DNA of 64,000 bases from an uncultured Luminiphilus sp. (GTDB lineage: Bacteria; Pseudomonadota; Gammaproteobacteria; Pseudomonadales; Halieaceae), in assembly GCA_963926325.1 (NCBI GenBank), contig CAWUXF010000013.1, positions 28,177 to 92,176 on the forward strand, in the 5' to 3' direction. A model generated the notes under the pieces. It did no database searches and had not been told where the DNA came from. It saw nothing but the letters and a program-made list of their open reading frames with translations. Of the stretch, positions 22,262 to 30,724 are shown piece after piece; position 1 is the stretch's first letter; the number at the start of each line of letters is the position of its first letter. The translations under genes were made by a program, and so were the position numbers.

Positions 22262-22789
22262 CTATTCGTAGCGGTCCTTCAGCACAAAGAACGCCATAAA
22301 CAACAATAAAGCGCTAAAAGGAATGGCGATATAAATGCCGCTAATACCCAGCAGCGACTCCAGTGTGACTTTGCCAAAATTCAAAGGTTCAATGAGTGCG
22401 CTTTCTAGATAGGGAAATGCCAAGGCAAAGATCATTACGCCAACTAAGCCCCCTATTAGGGTAAAAATCGCATCGCCCTTACCTTCCGCGCTTCCGACGA
22501 CACAGGTGCCAGGACAATAACCCGACACGGCCCAGCCAATGCCAAAAATAACGCCGCCGATGGCAACACCGCCAATATATACCGGCTTAATGCTCAGGTT
22601 TGCCAACCCACCAAAATCGAGTAGATAAACGCCCAGTGTGCCAACACCAATCGCAGTCATCATTAACTTGATAATCCACATATCTTTTAGCAACAGCGTG
22701 CCCATGATACGACGGTAACTTGACGCACCACCAAGGAACAAAATAGCGCCAAAGGCGCAGCCTATAAAAAATCCTATAAAGAGTGTCAT
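22262..22789 (-). CDS. YeeE/YedE family sulfur-compound transporter, half-size subunit
   Basis: 175 aa polytopic membrane protein with the conserved Cys motif SGYCPGTC typical of the sulphur-transport (YeeE/YedE) domain. Confidence 0.85.
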   Translation of the reverse strand: MTLFIGFFIGCAFGAILFLGGASSYRRIMGTLLLKDMWIIKLMMTAIGVGTLGVYLLDFGGLANLSIKPVYIGGVAIGGVIFGIGWAVSGYCPGTCVVGSAEGKGDAIFTLIGGLVGVMIFALAFPYLESALIEPLNFGKVTLESLLGISGIYIAIPFSALLLFMAFFVLKDRYE

Positions 22790-22793
22790 TTGA

Positions 22794-23330
22794 TTAGCCT
22801 CGCTTGCGATAGAGAATATGCGCCATCACGATAGCCGCACCAAAAGTAAATATCCCAAAAATGAAAGAGCTCACTGCGAGCTGTGAAATACCGCTGATCA
22901 TATGGCCACTGGTACAGCCGCCCGCTAGGCGCGCACCAAATAGCAGCAACACGCCGCCAAAAAATGCGGTGGCAAATCGCTTAACACGGGAGCTACCAAA
23001 TACGCCTACCCACATTTCCGGCATGCTACCCTTGTCTGCATCAGGTTGTGCTTTACGGAAAATTCGCGCCGTAATCCCGCCCCCTGCAAGCATTCCAATG
23101 ACTAACATCCAGCCGTAGCCCACACCCCAACTTTCCTTTTCACCATACTTCGCTAGGTACGCATTGGCCTCTGCAAAGGCCGGTGCAACTTGGTGAACAA
23201 CAGCCGCGTCTGAGACGACAAACTGTGTCGAAACACCCAGCGGTTTCACCAACGCGGTGGCAATTGTGAGTAAGACCCCCAGCGCAATGCCCGCCACTTT
23301 CCAAGAGATGATCGCTTTTTGTTCTTGCAT
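22794..23330 (-). CDS. YeeE/YedE family sulfur-compound transporter, half-size subunit
   Basis: Membrane protein with the GGCTSGHMISG motif. I prefer the ATG at 23330 (GGAG 8 nt upstream). An in-frame ATG at 23345 is the alternative. There is a 4-nt gap to the downstream partner. Confidence 0.85.
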   Translation of the reverse strand: MQEQKAIISWKVAGIALGVLLTIATALVKPLGVSTQFVVSDAAVVHQVAPAFAEANAYLAKYGEKESWGVGYGWMLVIGMLAGGGITARIFRKAQPDADKGSMPEMWVGVFGSSRVKRFATAFFGGVLLLFGARLAGGCTSGHMISGISQLAVSSFIFGIFTFGAAIVMAHILYRKRG

Positions 23331-23520
23331 GACTTTGACTCCCATTATTAGCTCTGCTTTTCTTTTCTTTTTGGATATTACTAAAGAGAATTAGCATATT
23401 ACCAAAACAAAGGTTAAATCATAGCTTTAACGAAGAACCTTTTCTTATAAAAACCACCATGCTGATAACAACAGCTGCTAGCCTTAGCTATGACCTCGCA
23501 GTCAAATGAGAGAAGAAACA

Positions 23521-24051
23521 ATGCCATCATCCGTCGTCGACCAAACACGCCAGTGGTTACAGCAAGTTGTAGTCGGGCTTGGCCTATGCCCCTTTGCGCA
23601 GCAGGTAATCGATCAAGACAGGGTGCGTTATTGCGTAACCAATGCCTCAGAGACCGAGACCTTGACCGAGGTGCTGCTCGCCGAAATTGAATACCTAACC
23701 CATCATTCAGAGGTCGAAACGACGCTACTCATCCACCCTCGAGTACTCGGAGATTTCGAGGATTATCTAGACTATTTAGATATGGCTAATGCCATTTTGA
23801 CGCACCTCAACTATGAAGGGGTTTATCAAATAGCCAGCTTTCATCCCGCGTACCTATTTGCCGATAGTGACGAAGATGACCCGGCCAACTACAGCAACCG
23901 TTCGCCATACCCAATGCTACATTTACTGAGAGAAAAGAGCGTTGAAGAGGCTATCGCAAGTTATGCAGATATCGATGCTGTACCGGCGCTAAACATTATC
24001 CGTCTGCGTGAAATGGGCCTTGCCCACATTAAACAACTTGCCAAATGCTAA
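23521..24051 (+). CDS. DUF1415 family protein
   Basis: The N-terminal GLGLCPFAQQV motif and overall size match DUF1415. The start is either the ATG at 23521 or the ATG at 23506. Divergent from the YeeE/YedE pair. Confidence 0.7.
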   Translation: MPSSVVDQTRQWLQQVVVGLGLCPFAQQVIDQDRVRYCVTNASETETLTEVLLAEIEYLTHHSEVETTLLIHPRVLGDFEDYLDYLDMANAILTHLNYEGVYQIASFHPAYLFADSDEDDPANYSNRSPYPMLHLLREKSVEEAIASYADIDAVPALNIIRLREMGLAHIKQLAKC

Positions 24052-24642
24052 GCCACAAACACAGCCACTATTGGCTGGTCCCAAGGCGCAACGACCCTAA
24101 GCGAGTGACGCCGTGTTCAGATCACCCGAGCAGACGCAAAACATCGACTGACTAAAATAGTCTTAATCATCAAAGGCTGGGCGGCATGAAGTTCTCGCGC
24201 TACTTGAGCCGTCATCAACCAGGCTAGCGCGCCCTTTAATTGATCGGCACATTCATCTAGGCAGACCTATATACCCAACAGAGACCAAGTCATTGCAGGC
24301 TATTTCTGTGCAACGCGTCTGCCTGTCGGCTGGTTTTCATTTCCATTCATTCAATGCCGGCGATAAATACGCCATTGATCCTAGTCGAGATTTCAGCGGT
24401 GTAGGAATCACCAAAGATAGTGCGCTCACTAGCCGGCAAACCACCATGGATAGAACCCCAAAGAACCTACTGCGCCAACAATTCAGCAAGTTATTCATCA
24501 CTGGCTTACAAAAGTACGTTGCCGTTAAGGTAGACTAGTACCACCACAAATGGCGCGACTAAATAAAATTTATTAAGCAGATATGAAACGGCGCTAGCCA
24601 TGTAGACTGCGAATAATTGTGACCCCAAAGAAGGCAATTTCC

Positions 24643-24963
24643 ATGACTAAAATTATTTTTATCGACAGCAGCGGCAACCGACAGACAGTAGATGCGAAGA
24701 ATGATCAAAGTGTTATGCAGGCTGCGGTAGACAATATGATTACCGGTATTCCCGCTGAATGCGGTGGCTGCTTAAGCTGTGCGACCTGCCACAGCTACAT
24801 TGGAGAAGCGTGGTTGGATATCGTGCCCGCAGCTTTAGATGATGAAACCGCGATGCTTGAGTGCGCTTTTGAGGCTAAAGACAATAGCCGTCTGACTTGC
24901 CAAATCAATGTGACCGATGCGCTTGATGGTCTCGAGGTGCACATCCCCGAGTCGCAATATTAA
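24643..24963 (+). CDS. [2Fe-2S] ferredoxin, adrenodoxin/putidaredoxin type
   Basis: Cys pattern CGGCLSCATCH...C (Cx5Cx2C...C). The ATG at 24643 is preceded by GAAGG. The maximal ORF begins at the GTG at 24619. Confidence 0.9.
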   Translation: MTKIIFIDSSGNRQTVDAKNDQSVMQAAVDNMITGIPAECGGCLSCATCHSYIGEAWLDIVPAALDDETAMLECAFEAKDNSRLTCQINVTDALDGLEVHIPESQY

Positions 24964-25057
24964 ATTCGTCAAACTGGTGTAGTCGGACTTAAATCACGAC
25001 GCGGCCAAAGATGCTTGATCCGCAACCCTCGCCTAAGTACACACACGGAAGTTTTTA

Positions 25058-25585
25058 ATGATTGCGCATGAGGACTTATACACGCTCATCAGAGAGATTC
25101 CGGACTTCCCCGTGCCCGGGATTAAGTTTAAAGATATAACGCCACTTCTCGCGAATCCCGCAGCATTAGCCTTGGCGACTAACGCACTCTGCGAGCCTTT
25201 TAGGGCAGCGGGTATTACCGCCGTAGTCGGTATTGAAGCAAGGGGCTTTATTTTCGGCAGCTTAGTCGCTAACGCGCTACAGGCAGGGTTTATACCCATC
25301 CGTAAAGCCGGCAAGTTACCCGCACCGACGTTTAGTGAGAAATACACACTGGAGTACGGTCAGGACCAACTGCATATTCATCGCGATGCACTCTGCCCTC
25401 AGGACCGCGTGTTGCTTATCGATGACGTCTTGGCCACCGGTGGCACGGCAGCGGCAAGTCTGCGCCTCATCGACAATATGGGCGCGCACATTGTGGGCTG
25501 CGGTTTTTTGATTAATCTCCGTTTCTTAGGCGCTAGGCAGCAGCTTCCAGGCACCAAAATACACAGCGTCTTAAACTTTGATTAG
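25058..25585 (+). CDS. apt: Adenine phosphoribosyltransferase
   Basis: 175 aa with DFPVPGIKFKDITPLL and the PRPP-binding loop VLLIDDVLATGGTA. Confidence 0.95.
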   Translation: MIAHEDLYTLIREIPDFPVPGIKFKDITPLLANPAALALATNALCEPFRAAGITAVVGIEARGFIFGSLVANALQAGFIPIRKAGKLPAPTFSEKYTLEYGQDQLHIHRDALCPQDRVLLIDDVLATGGTAAASLRLIDNMGAHIVGCGFLINLRFLGARQQLPGTKIHSVLNFD

Positions 25586-25670
25586 CCTGCACGGGCGCTC
25601 CCTGGGCAGGGTAGCAGCGGGCTCATAACTGCAGAATATTGAGTGGTAAGGTTTATCCAAAGAGCTGTCC

Positions 25671-25766
25671 AATCCACACCAATCCACACCAATCCACACC
25701 AATCCACACCAAGCCACACCAAGCCACACCAAGCCACACCAAGCCACACCAAGCCACACCAATCAC
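25671..25766. repeat. Perfect 10-bp tandem repeat, 9 full copies in two blocks
   Basis: AATCCACACC x4 (25671-25710), then AAGCCACACC x5 (25711-25760), then a partial AATCAC. Intergenic between apt and the SDR gene, ending 45 bp before the ATG at 25811. Confidence 0.97.
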
Positions 25767-25810
25767 TCGATACGCCATTTATAAAACTAAAATACTAGGG
25801 ACCCAATCAT

Positions 25811-26593
25811 ATGTTTGAAGATCTGTTTTCTATGCGAGACAAAATTTGTGTCATCACCGGTGGTTCGCGAGGCCTTGGTGCTTTTATGGCGCAGGGTTTT
25901 TTGGAGGCAGGTGCAAAGCGGGTCTACATTACTGCACGTAAAGCCCCGGGTTGCATTGCCGCTGCTGAGGAGCTCAGTCAGTACGGAGAATGTATTGCAC
26001 TGCCCGGTGATGCGAGTACCGCCGAAGGGATCAGCGACCTTGTTAAGACCCTTAACGAACGTGAAGACTACATCGATGTTTTAGTGAACAACGCGGGTAC
26101 CGGCTGGGGTGCACAGTTCGGACAAGTACCCGAAAAAGGCTGGGACAAAGTCATGGACGTCAACGTGAAAGGACCCTTCTTTTTAACCCAAGCGCTCGCA
26201 CCACTGCTGACTAAAAATGCAACAGCAGACAATACTTCGTCCATTATCAATATTGGTTCGATCGCGGGCATCGTTGGCAATGCTCTGGACAATTATAGTT
26301 ACGCCGTATCGAAGTCATCTATTCATCAGTTGACCCGGATATTAGCCAATGAGCTTTCAGCGTCACATGTTCGAGTTAATGCCATCGCTCCAGGTCGCTT
26401 CTACTCAAAGCTCACCGAATTTTTGAGTTCCGATAAAGCCGCCTTCGAAGAGGAGCTCAAGACCATTCCAATGCGTCGCTGGGGAGAGCCTACCGATATT
26501 GCCGGCGTAGCGATCATGCTCGCCAGTCAAGCAGGCGCCTTTATTACTGGCCAGATTATTCCAGTAGATGGCGGAACCACCTTAGTTAACTAA
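25811..26593 (+). CDS. SDR family oxidoreductase
   Basis: 260 aa with TGGSRGLG, NNAG and YAVSK (YxxxK). Co-directional with the EutBC fusion gene and 66 bp upstream of it. Confidence 0.9.
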   Translation: MFEDLFSMRDKICVITGGSRGLGAFMAQGFLEAGAKRVYITARKAPGCIAAAEELSQYGECIALPGDASTAEGISDLVKTLNEREDYIDVLVNNAGTGWGAQFGQVPEKGWDKVMDVNVKGPFFLTQALAPLLTKNATADNTSSIINIGSIAGIVGNALDNYSYAVSKSSIHQLTRILANELSASHVRVNAIAPGRFYSKLTEFLSSDKAAFEEELKTIPMRRWGEPTDIAGVAIMLASQAGAFITGQIIPVDGGTTLVN

Positions 26594-26659
26594 GTTGCTT
26601 ACATCGCATGCTGGGTTAGTATACGCTCACAAAGTCGACTCCCAATTAGGCTCAAGCCC

Positions 26660-28927
26660 ATGATCCATAGACGTTTTGTATTAAAGGCAGGAGCAACTGC
26701 AATGCTTTCAGTAACAGCTGGTCAGTCCGCTGCGACAATAGAAAAAGCGGGGCGCTTGTTAGCATCTCCGTCGGACAATGAGTCTCTCCCTGCCTATTTG
26801 CAGCGCGTCCTCACTGACGCCGACCCCATGGCCTATGCGCGATGGCTCGGTGCGGCGAATGACTATAAAGAAGGTGATGAAATAATTGGCGTTGCCGCAC
26901 CAGACGAAGCGACTCGACAGCTCGCCAGAAGATTATTGGCCAACACCACGATCGCCGAAGTCGATGCGAATGCGCCGCACCGTGATCAAGTTTTTTCGCT
27001 GATCGAAGAAACCACTGATGCGAATATTCGCGCCAGTCTCAAGGATATGACATTGGGCCAACTCAAAGCATTTGTTTTGACGCGCTCTGAATCCGATATC
27101 CATACGCTGCGACAGGGCTTATCTAGCGACGTTATTGCGTCACTTGTCAGGCTGATGAATAACGATGAACTTATTACCGTAGGCGCTAAAGTTTTTAACC
27201 CACTACCCGGCAGCGCAATAGGTGCCAAGGGGTATATGGGCGCACGGGTTCAGCCCAACTCACCCACAGATGACCCAGAAGATATTCGTTGGCAGGTCTT
27301 TGACGCCTTTGCTTATGGGGTCGGCGATGTTCTCTTAGGAACCAACCCCGTATCAAGCGAGCCAGAATCGGTTGCTGCGATACAGCAGACCTTAAAAGAT
27401 GTGCTGGACACTTTTGAACTAGACGCACATATCCCCCACTGTGTGCTGTCGCATATCGATGTGCAGGCTGAGGTTGAAAACGACGCACCCGGGCTGACTG
27501 ATCTTTGGTTTCAGAGCATCGCAGGTAACGACGAAGCCAATACCACCTTCGATGTGTCGGTGGAGAAAATGCGCCAGTATGCCAGCGAGCGAACGGGCAC
27601 TTACGGCTTATACTTTGAGACAGGGCAAGGCGCCGACTTTACCAACGGTCATGGCTATGGCGTTGATATGGTGACCTATGAATCGCGCAAATATGGCTTT
27701 GCACGTGCATTGACCGCAGATGTACAGCGCGTGAGCAAAGGTGCAGCCTGGGTGCACCTTAACGATGTGGCTGGGTTCATCGGCCCCGAGGTCTTTAGAA
27801 CCCGCGAGCAGTTAGTGCGCTGTTGCCTCGAAGATATTGTGATGGGCAAGCTACATGGTCTTTGTATTGGTCTCGATATCTGCGCAACATTGCATATGAG
27901 CGTATCGCTAGATGACTTAGATTGGTGTATCGACCAAGTCATGCCTGCCAATCCAGCCTACCTGATGGCACTGCCGACAAAAATAGATCCAATGCTGGGC
28001 TATTTAACTACCGGCTACTTAGATCATGTTCGAATCCGTGAGACGTTTGACTATCGCGTTAACGACCCGATGTGGCAGTTTTTCCAGCGATTAGACGTGA
28101 TCGACAGCCAAGGTAATCCCGGGCCTAATTTCGGCGATCCTATTGCTGTCTATTTGGCCTATCGACGTGCCAAGGGCGACAGACGAGCCGAGGCTGAGCT
28201 GCGCGACGACGCCCATCAGCAACTCACTAGGATTCGTGATCGCGGCGTATTTATCGCCGAGGGTTATGGTGATCGAATTTTTGATCTTGAACCTGCGCTT
28301 GAGCGCAAGGTACGCAGTATTACCGAAGAGGCCCGGGACTGTATCTGGGAGCAGTTCGACGAACCCTTTCGTGCGAAGTGGTCTGCTGATGTATTTGTAG
28401 CGACCCAATCGAGTGATCGCGAAGACTACATTTTGCATCCTGACTCGGGAGAGTCGCTATCGCCAGAATCGATGGCGCAGCTTGCCCAATGGGATCGCGC
28501 CACCGATAACTATGATGCCATTATCGTTATTTCTGATGGGCTCAACGCTCGTGCCCTGAAGCAACAAGATCAGCTCGAAGTCCTGATCACAGAATTACGT
28601 AAAGGGATTAGTGACGCCGGCATGCAAGTCGCCGAACAAAATATATTGGTGGAGTCCGGCCGAGTGCGTGCAGGTTATAAAATTGGCGAGCAGTTATTTA
28701 AAACTAAGCAAGGTCCTCGCAATGTGTTCCATATTGTCGGAGAGCGCCCTGGCACTGGGCACAATACATTGTCCGTCTACTTAACCCGCGCTGACGCCAG
28801 TGTCTGGGCCACACCAAATACAGTTGACCACAACATCACTCGGGTCGTTTCAGGGATTGCACACACAGCGTTACAACCAGAAAAAGCAGCACGCGATGTT
28901 ATGCAAATTCATGGCGCACTAGCCTGA
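26660..28927 (+). CDS. Fused ethanolamine ammonia-lyase large+small subunit (EutB-EutC) with a twin-arginine signal-like leader
   Basis: 755 aa. Residues ~43-498 align with E. coli EutB (GVGDVLLGTNPV, YFETGQGA, AGFIGPEV, LEDIVMGKL). Residues ~575-755 align with EutC (VISDGLNA, GRVRAGYKIGE, IVGERPG). The N-terminus is MIHRRFVLKAGATAMLSVTAGQSAA-T. Confidence 0.9.
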   Translation: MIHRRFVLKAGATAMLSVTAGQSAATIEKAGRLLASPSDNESLPAYLQRVLTDADPMAYARWLGAANDYKEGDEIIGVAAPDEATRQLARRLLANTTIAEVDANAPHRDQVFSLIEETTDANIRASLKDMTLGQLKAFVLTRSESDIHTLRQGLSSDVIASLVRLMNNDELITVGAKVFNPLPGSAIGAKGYMGARVQPNSPTDDPEDIRWQVFDAFAYGVGDVLLGTNPVSSEPESVAAIQQTLKDVLDTFELDAHIPHCVLSHIDVQAEVENDAPGLTDLWFQSIAGNDEANTTFDVSVEKMRQYASERTGTYGLYFETGQGADFTNGHGYGVDMVTYESRKYGFARALTADVQRVSKGAAWVHLNDVAGFIGPEVFRTREQLVRCCLEDIVMGKLHGLCIGLDICATLHMSVSLDDLDWCIDQVMPANPAYLMALPTKIDPMLGYLTTGYLDHVRIRETFDYRVNDPMWQFFQRLDVIDSQGNPGPNFGDPIAVYLAYRRAKGDRRAEAELRDDAHQQLTRIRDRGVFIAEGYGDRIFDLEPALERKVRSITEEARDCIWEQFDEPFRAKWSADVFVATQSSDREDYILHPDSGESLSPESMAQLAQWDRATDNYDAIIVISDGLNARALKQQDQLEVLITELRKGISDAGMQVAEQNILVESGRVRAGYKIGEQLFKTKQGPRNVFHIVGERPGTGHNTLSVYLTRADASVWATPNTVDHNITRVVSGIAHTALQPEKAARDVMQIHGALA

Positions 28928-29070
28928 ACAGGTAACGTTTGTCATTTATTTTTTAACCCTATTTAGCCGCCTATGGGCAGTCTGTTAATTACCAAACACC
29001 CTCTTTTCACTGGGCACCCTAGGATCAACGATATTTGTGCCATCGCTTAGGCGACTCTGCGCCAACATAT

Positions 29071-29667
29071 TCAGTATCCAATCCACAGTTGCGTCAGCGC
29101 CGCGATTAACGCAATGGTTAGCGGACAAATAATGCGTGGCCCACCGAACATGAACCAGGGTGACGCGGGAAAGGCAAAGGTCTTCTCTAGCGCGGCAAGT
29201 TTGAGCCCATGGTGTTCGCTACCAATCGTACTCGGCAACATTTCAAGCAAGTCACGGCGACTCCGATAACGTATCAAACCTGCGGCTGACCATTTGTCTG
29301 CATCATCACAGGCAATGTTTTCAATATAGCCACCGGCTGCGCGGGCGACCAAAACCGGATGTCCAGCTTTACGCAACAACGCACCGAGAAAGATCTTTTG
29401 ATACGTCTCTAACTTGTCGCGCGATTTGTCGAGCGGTGTTTGCAAGCACAGCAAATTAACCATCACAAAATCTTTGCCATCATCATTGGCTAGGAAGTGA
29501 TAAAGGTTATTTTTCTGCTGCTCAGTCACATCACTATTACGCGCCAGAACGGCGATCATGGCACTCGCCTCTTCGGCGGTAACTTTTTTTCTGAAACCGA
29601 TATACCAACCCCAAAAAATGCCGTAACAGAGCACGGCAAAGCCCCAAATAATCACTGTTATCATCAA
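29071..29667 (-). CDS. Hypothetical membrane-anchored protein
   Basis: 198 aa with N- and C-terminal hydrophobic helices flanking a soluble domain. I recognise no family. Located 112 bp downstream of the HD-domain gene on the same strand. Confidence 0.55.
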   Translation of the reverse strand: MMITVIIWGFAVLCYGIFWGWYIGFRKKVTAEEASAMIAVLARNSDVTEQQKNNLYHFLANDDGKDFVMVNLLCLQTPLDKSRDKLETYQKIFLGALLRKAGHPVLVARAAGGYIENIACDDADKWSAAGLIRYRSRRDLLEMLPSTIGSEHHGLKLAALEKTFAFPASPWFMFGGPRIICPLTIALIAALTQLWIGY

Positions 29668-29779
29668 CTAAATTCCACCTACTAGATGGGCCGGTCAATA
29701 CTGGCCGCCACTACAAGGGTTAATAAATGCCTATTATTCGCCGCTAACGACCTATTCATTAATAATCGACAAAAATCGG

Positions 29780-30364
29780 CTAATTGGCCTCAAGCGCCTT
29801 CAAATAGAGTGACTTCTTCGGCGCAGACAGCACCCGCTCAACCATAGGCATAAAAAAGTCCAGTGGCTCGCTGTCATACTCTGTATCAAAACTATTCTGA
29901 TCATAGAGGTCACAAAAATCTGCACACGCCTGGTAATACGGATGATCGACATAAGCGTCACGCACATTTCGGTCCAAACCTAAATACTCAAAAAAATAGT
30001 AGCCTTGAAAAATACCATGGTGTTTTACAATCCAATGATTCTCCTCGCTGACATAGGGTTCCAGTAGTGTTGCCGCTACATCGGCATGATTTGTTGGTCC
30101 TAAAGTGTCACCAATATCGTGTAGCAAAGCGCAAACCACATACTCTTCATCTCGACCTGCACGATGCGCGCGGGTGGCGGTTTGTAAACAATGCTCCAAT
30201 CGATCGACCGGGAAACCACCGCAATCGCCACGCAGCAAGGCGAGATGGGCGAGCATACGCGCCGGGAGCTCTCGACTAAACTCCTTGGCATTGTTGCCTA
30301 TGATTGCCCATTCTTCGGCAGTACTCTCGGTCATAGCTTTAAACTGAGCCTGTTCGCTATTCAT
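29780..30364 (-). CDS. HD-domain protein, COG4341 / PhnZ-TmpB-like putative diiron oxygenase or phosphohydrolase
   Basis: Contains ALLHDIGD plus downstream His residues (NHADV, VKHHG). I prefer the ATG at 30364 (GAGAGGA upstream). The maximal ORF extends to 30409. Confidence 0.75.
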   Translation of the reverse strand: MNSEQAQFKAMTESTAEEWAIIGNNAKEFSRELPARMLAHLALLRGDCGGFPVDRLEHCLQTATRAHRAGRDEEYVVCALLHDIGDTLGPTNHADVAATLLEPYVSEENHWIVKHHGIFQGYYFFEYLGLDRNVRDAYVDHPYYQACADFCDLYDQNSFDTEYDSEPLDFFMPMVERVLSAPKKSLYLKALEAN

Positions 30365-30724
30365 TATTTTTCCTCTCGTAAAAACCAGCCAACTGAAGCG
30401 TAAAAGCATACACCATTAATTCACGCCAAGCCGCTATTGTCGGGCTAGTGCACAGGCGATCAGGAGCCCGATTGAATCCTATAGCCATGCCTACTATCTG
30501 CGTTCGCCCGCGACGTGCTATTGCCGTCGTATCCACTCATCCACACTGCTGTCTGCCTTAGCACAGGATATCAAAACCATCCCGAGTCTAAGCTGGGAAA
30601 ATAGCGTTATCCGGCAATAACATATTCAAGTCATACGTGGTCACTCAACGGCGAGCAGTTTCGGAACACAAAAATCGCTAATTCATGCTAGATTCAAACC
30701 TGCTAATTCGCACAGCTGACCGCC

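Noticed and set aside
24052-24200. A cobalamin riboswitch somewhere near the B12-dependent EutBC gene. I checked 24.0-24.6 kb and 26594-26659 by eye.
   Set aside because: I found no B12-box-like core (GCCACTG with the preceding GGGAA / GGTG elements). This is a visual inspection only, and an Infernal scan would be decisive.
24293-24538. An 81-aa plus-strand ORF between DUF1415 and the ferredoxin gene.
   Set aside because: It has a TTG start, no ribosome-binding site and no recognisable motif or family. I kept it only as part of the note on the ORF-poor region and did not call it as a CDS.
25571-25762. A 63-aa minus-strand ORF (MVWLGVAWCGLVWLGVAWCGLVW...).
   Set aside because: Its sequence is just the translation of the 10-bp tandem repeat (period 10 nt, giving a cycling W/L/G/V/C pattern). 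It has no SD and overlaps the apt 3' end. It is an artefact of the repeat.
25671-25766. The possibility that the repeat array is a CRISPR.
   Set aside because: The units are 10 bp and directly abutting with no spacers, and there are no cas genes in the window. It is a simple tandem repeat.
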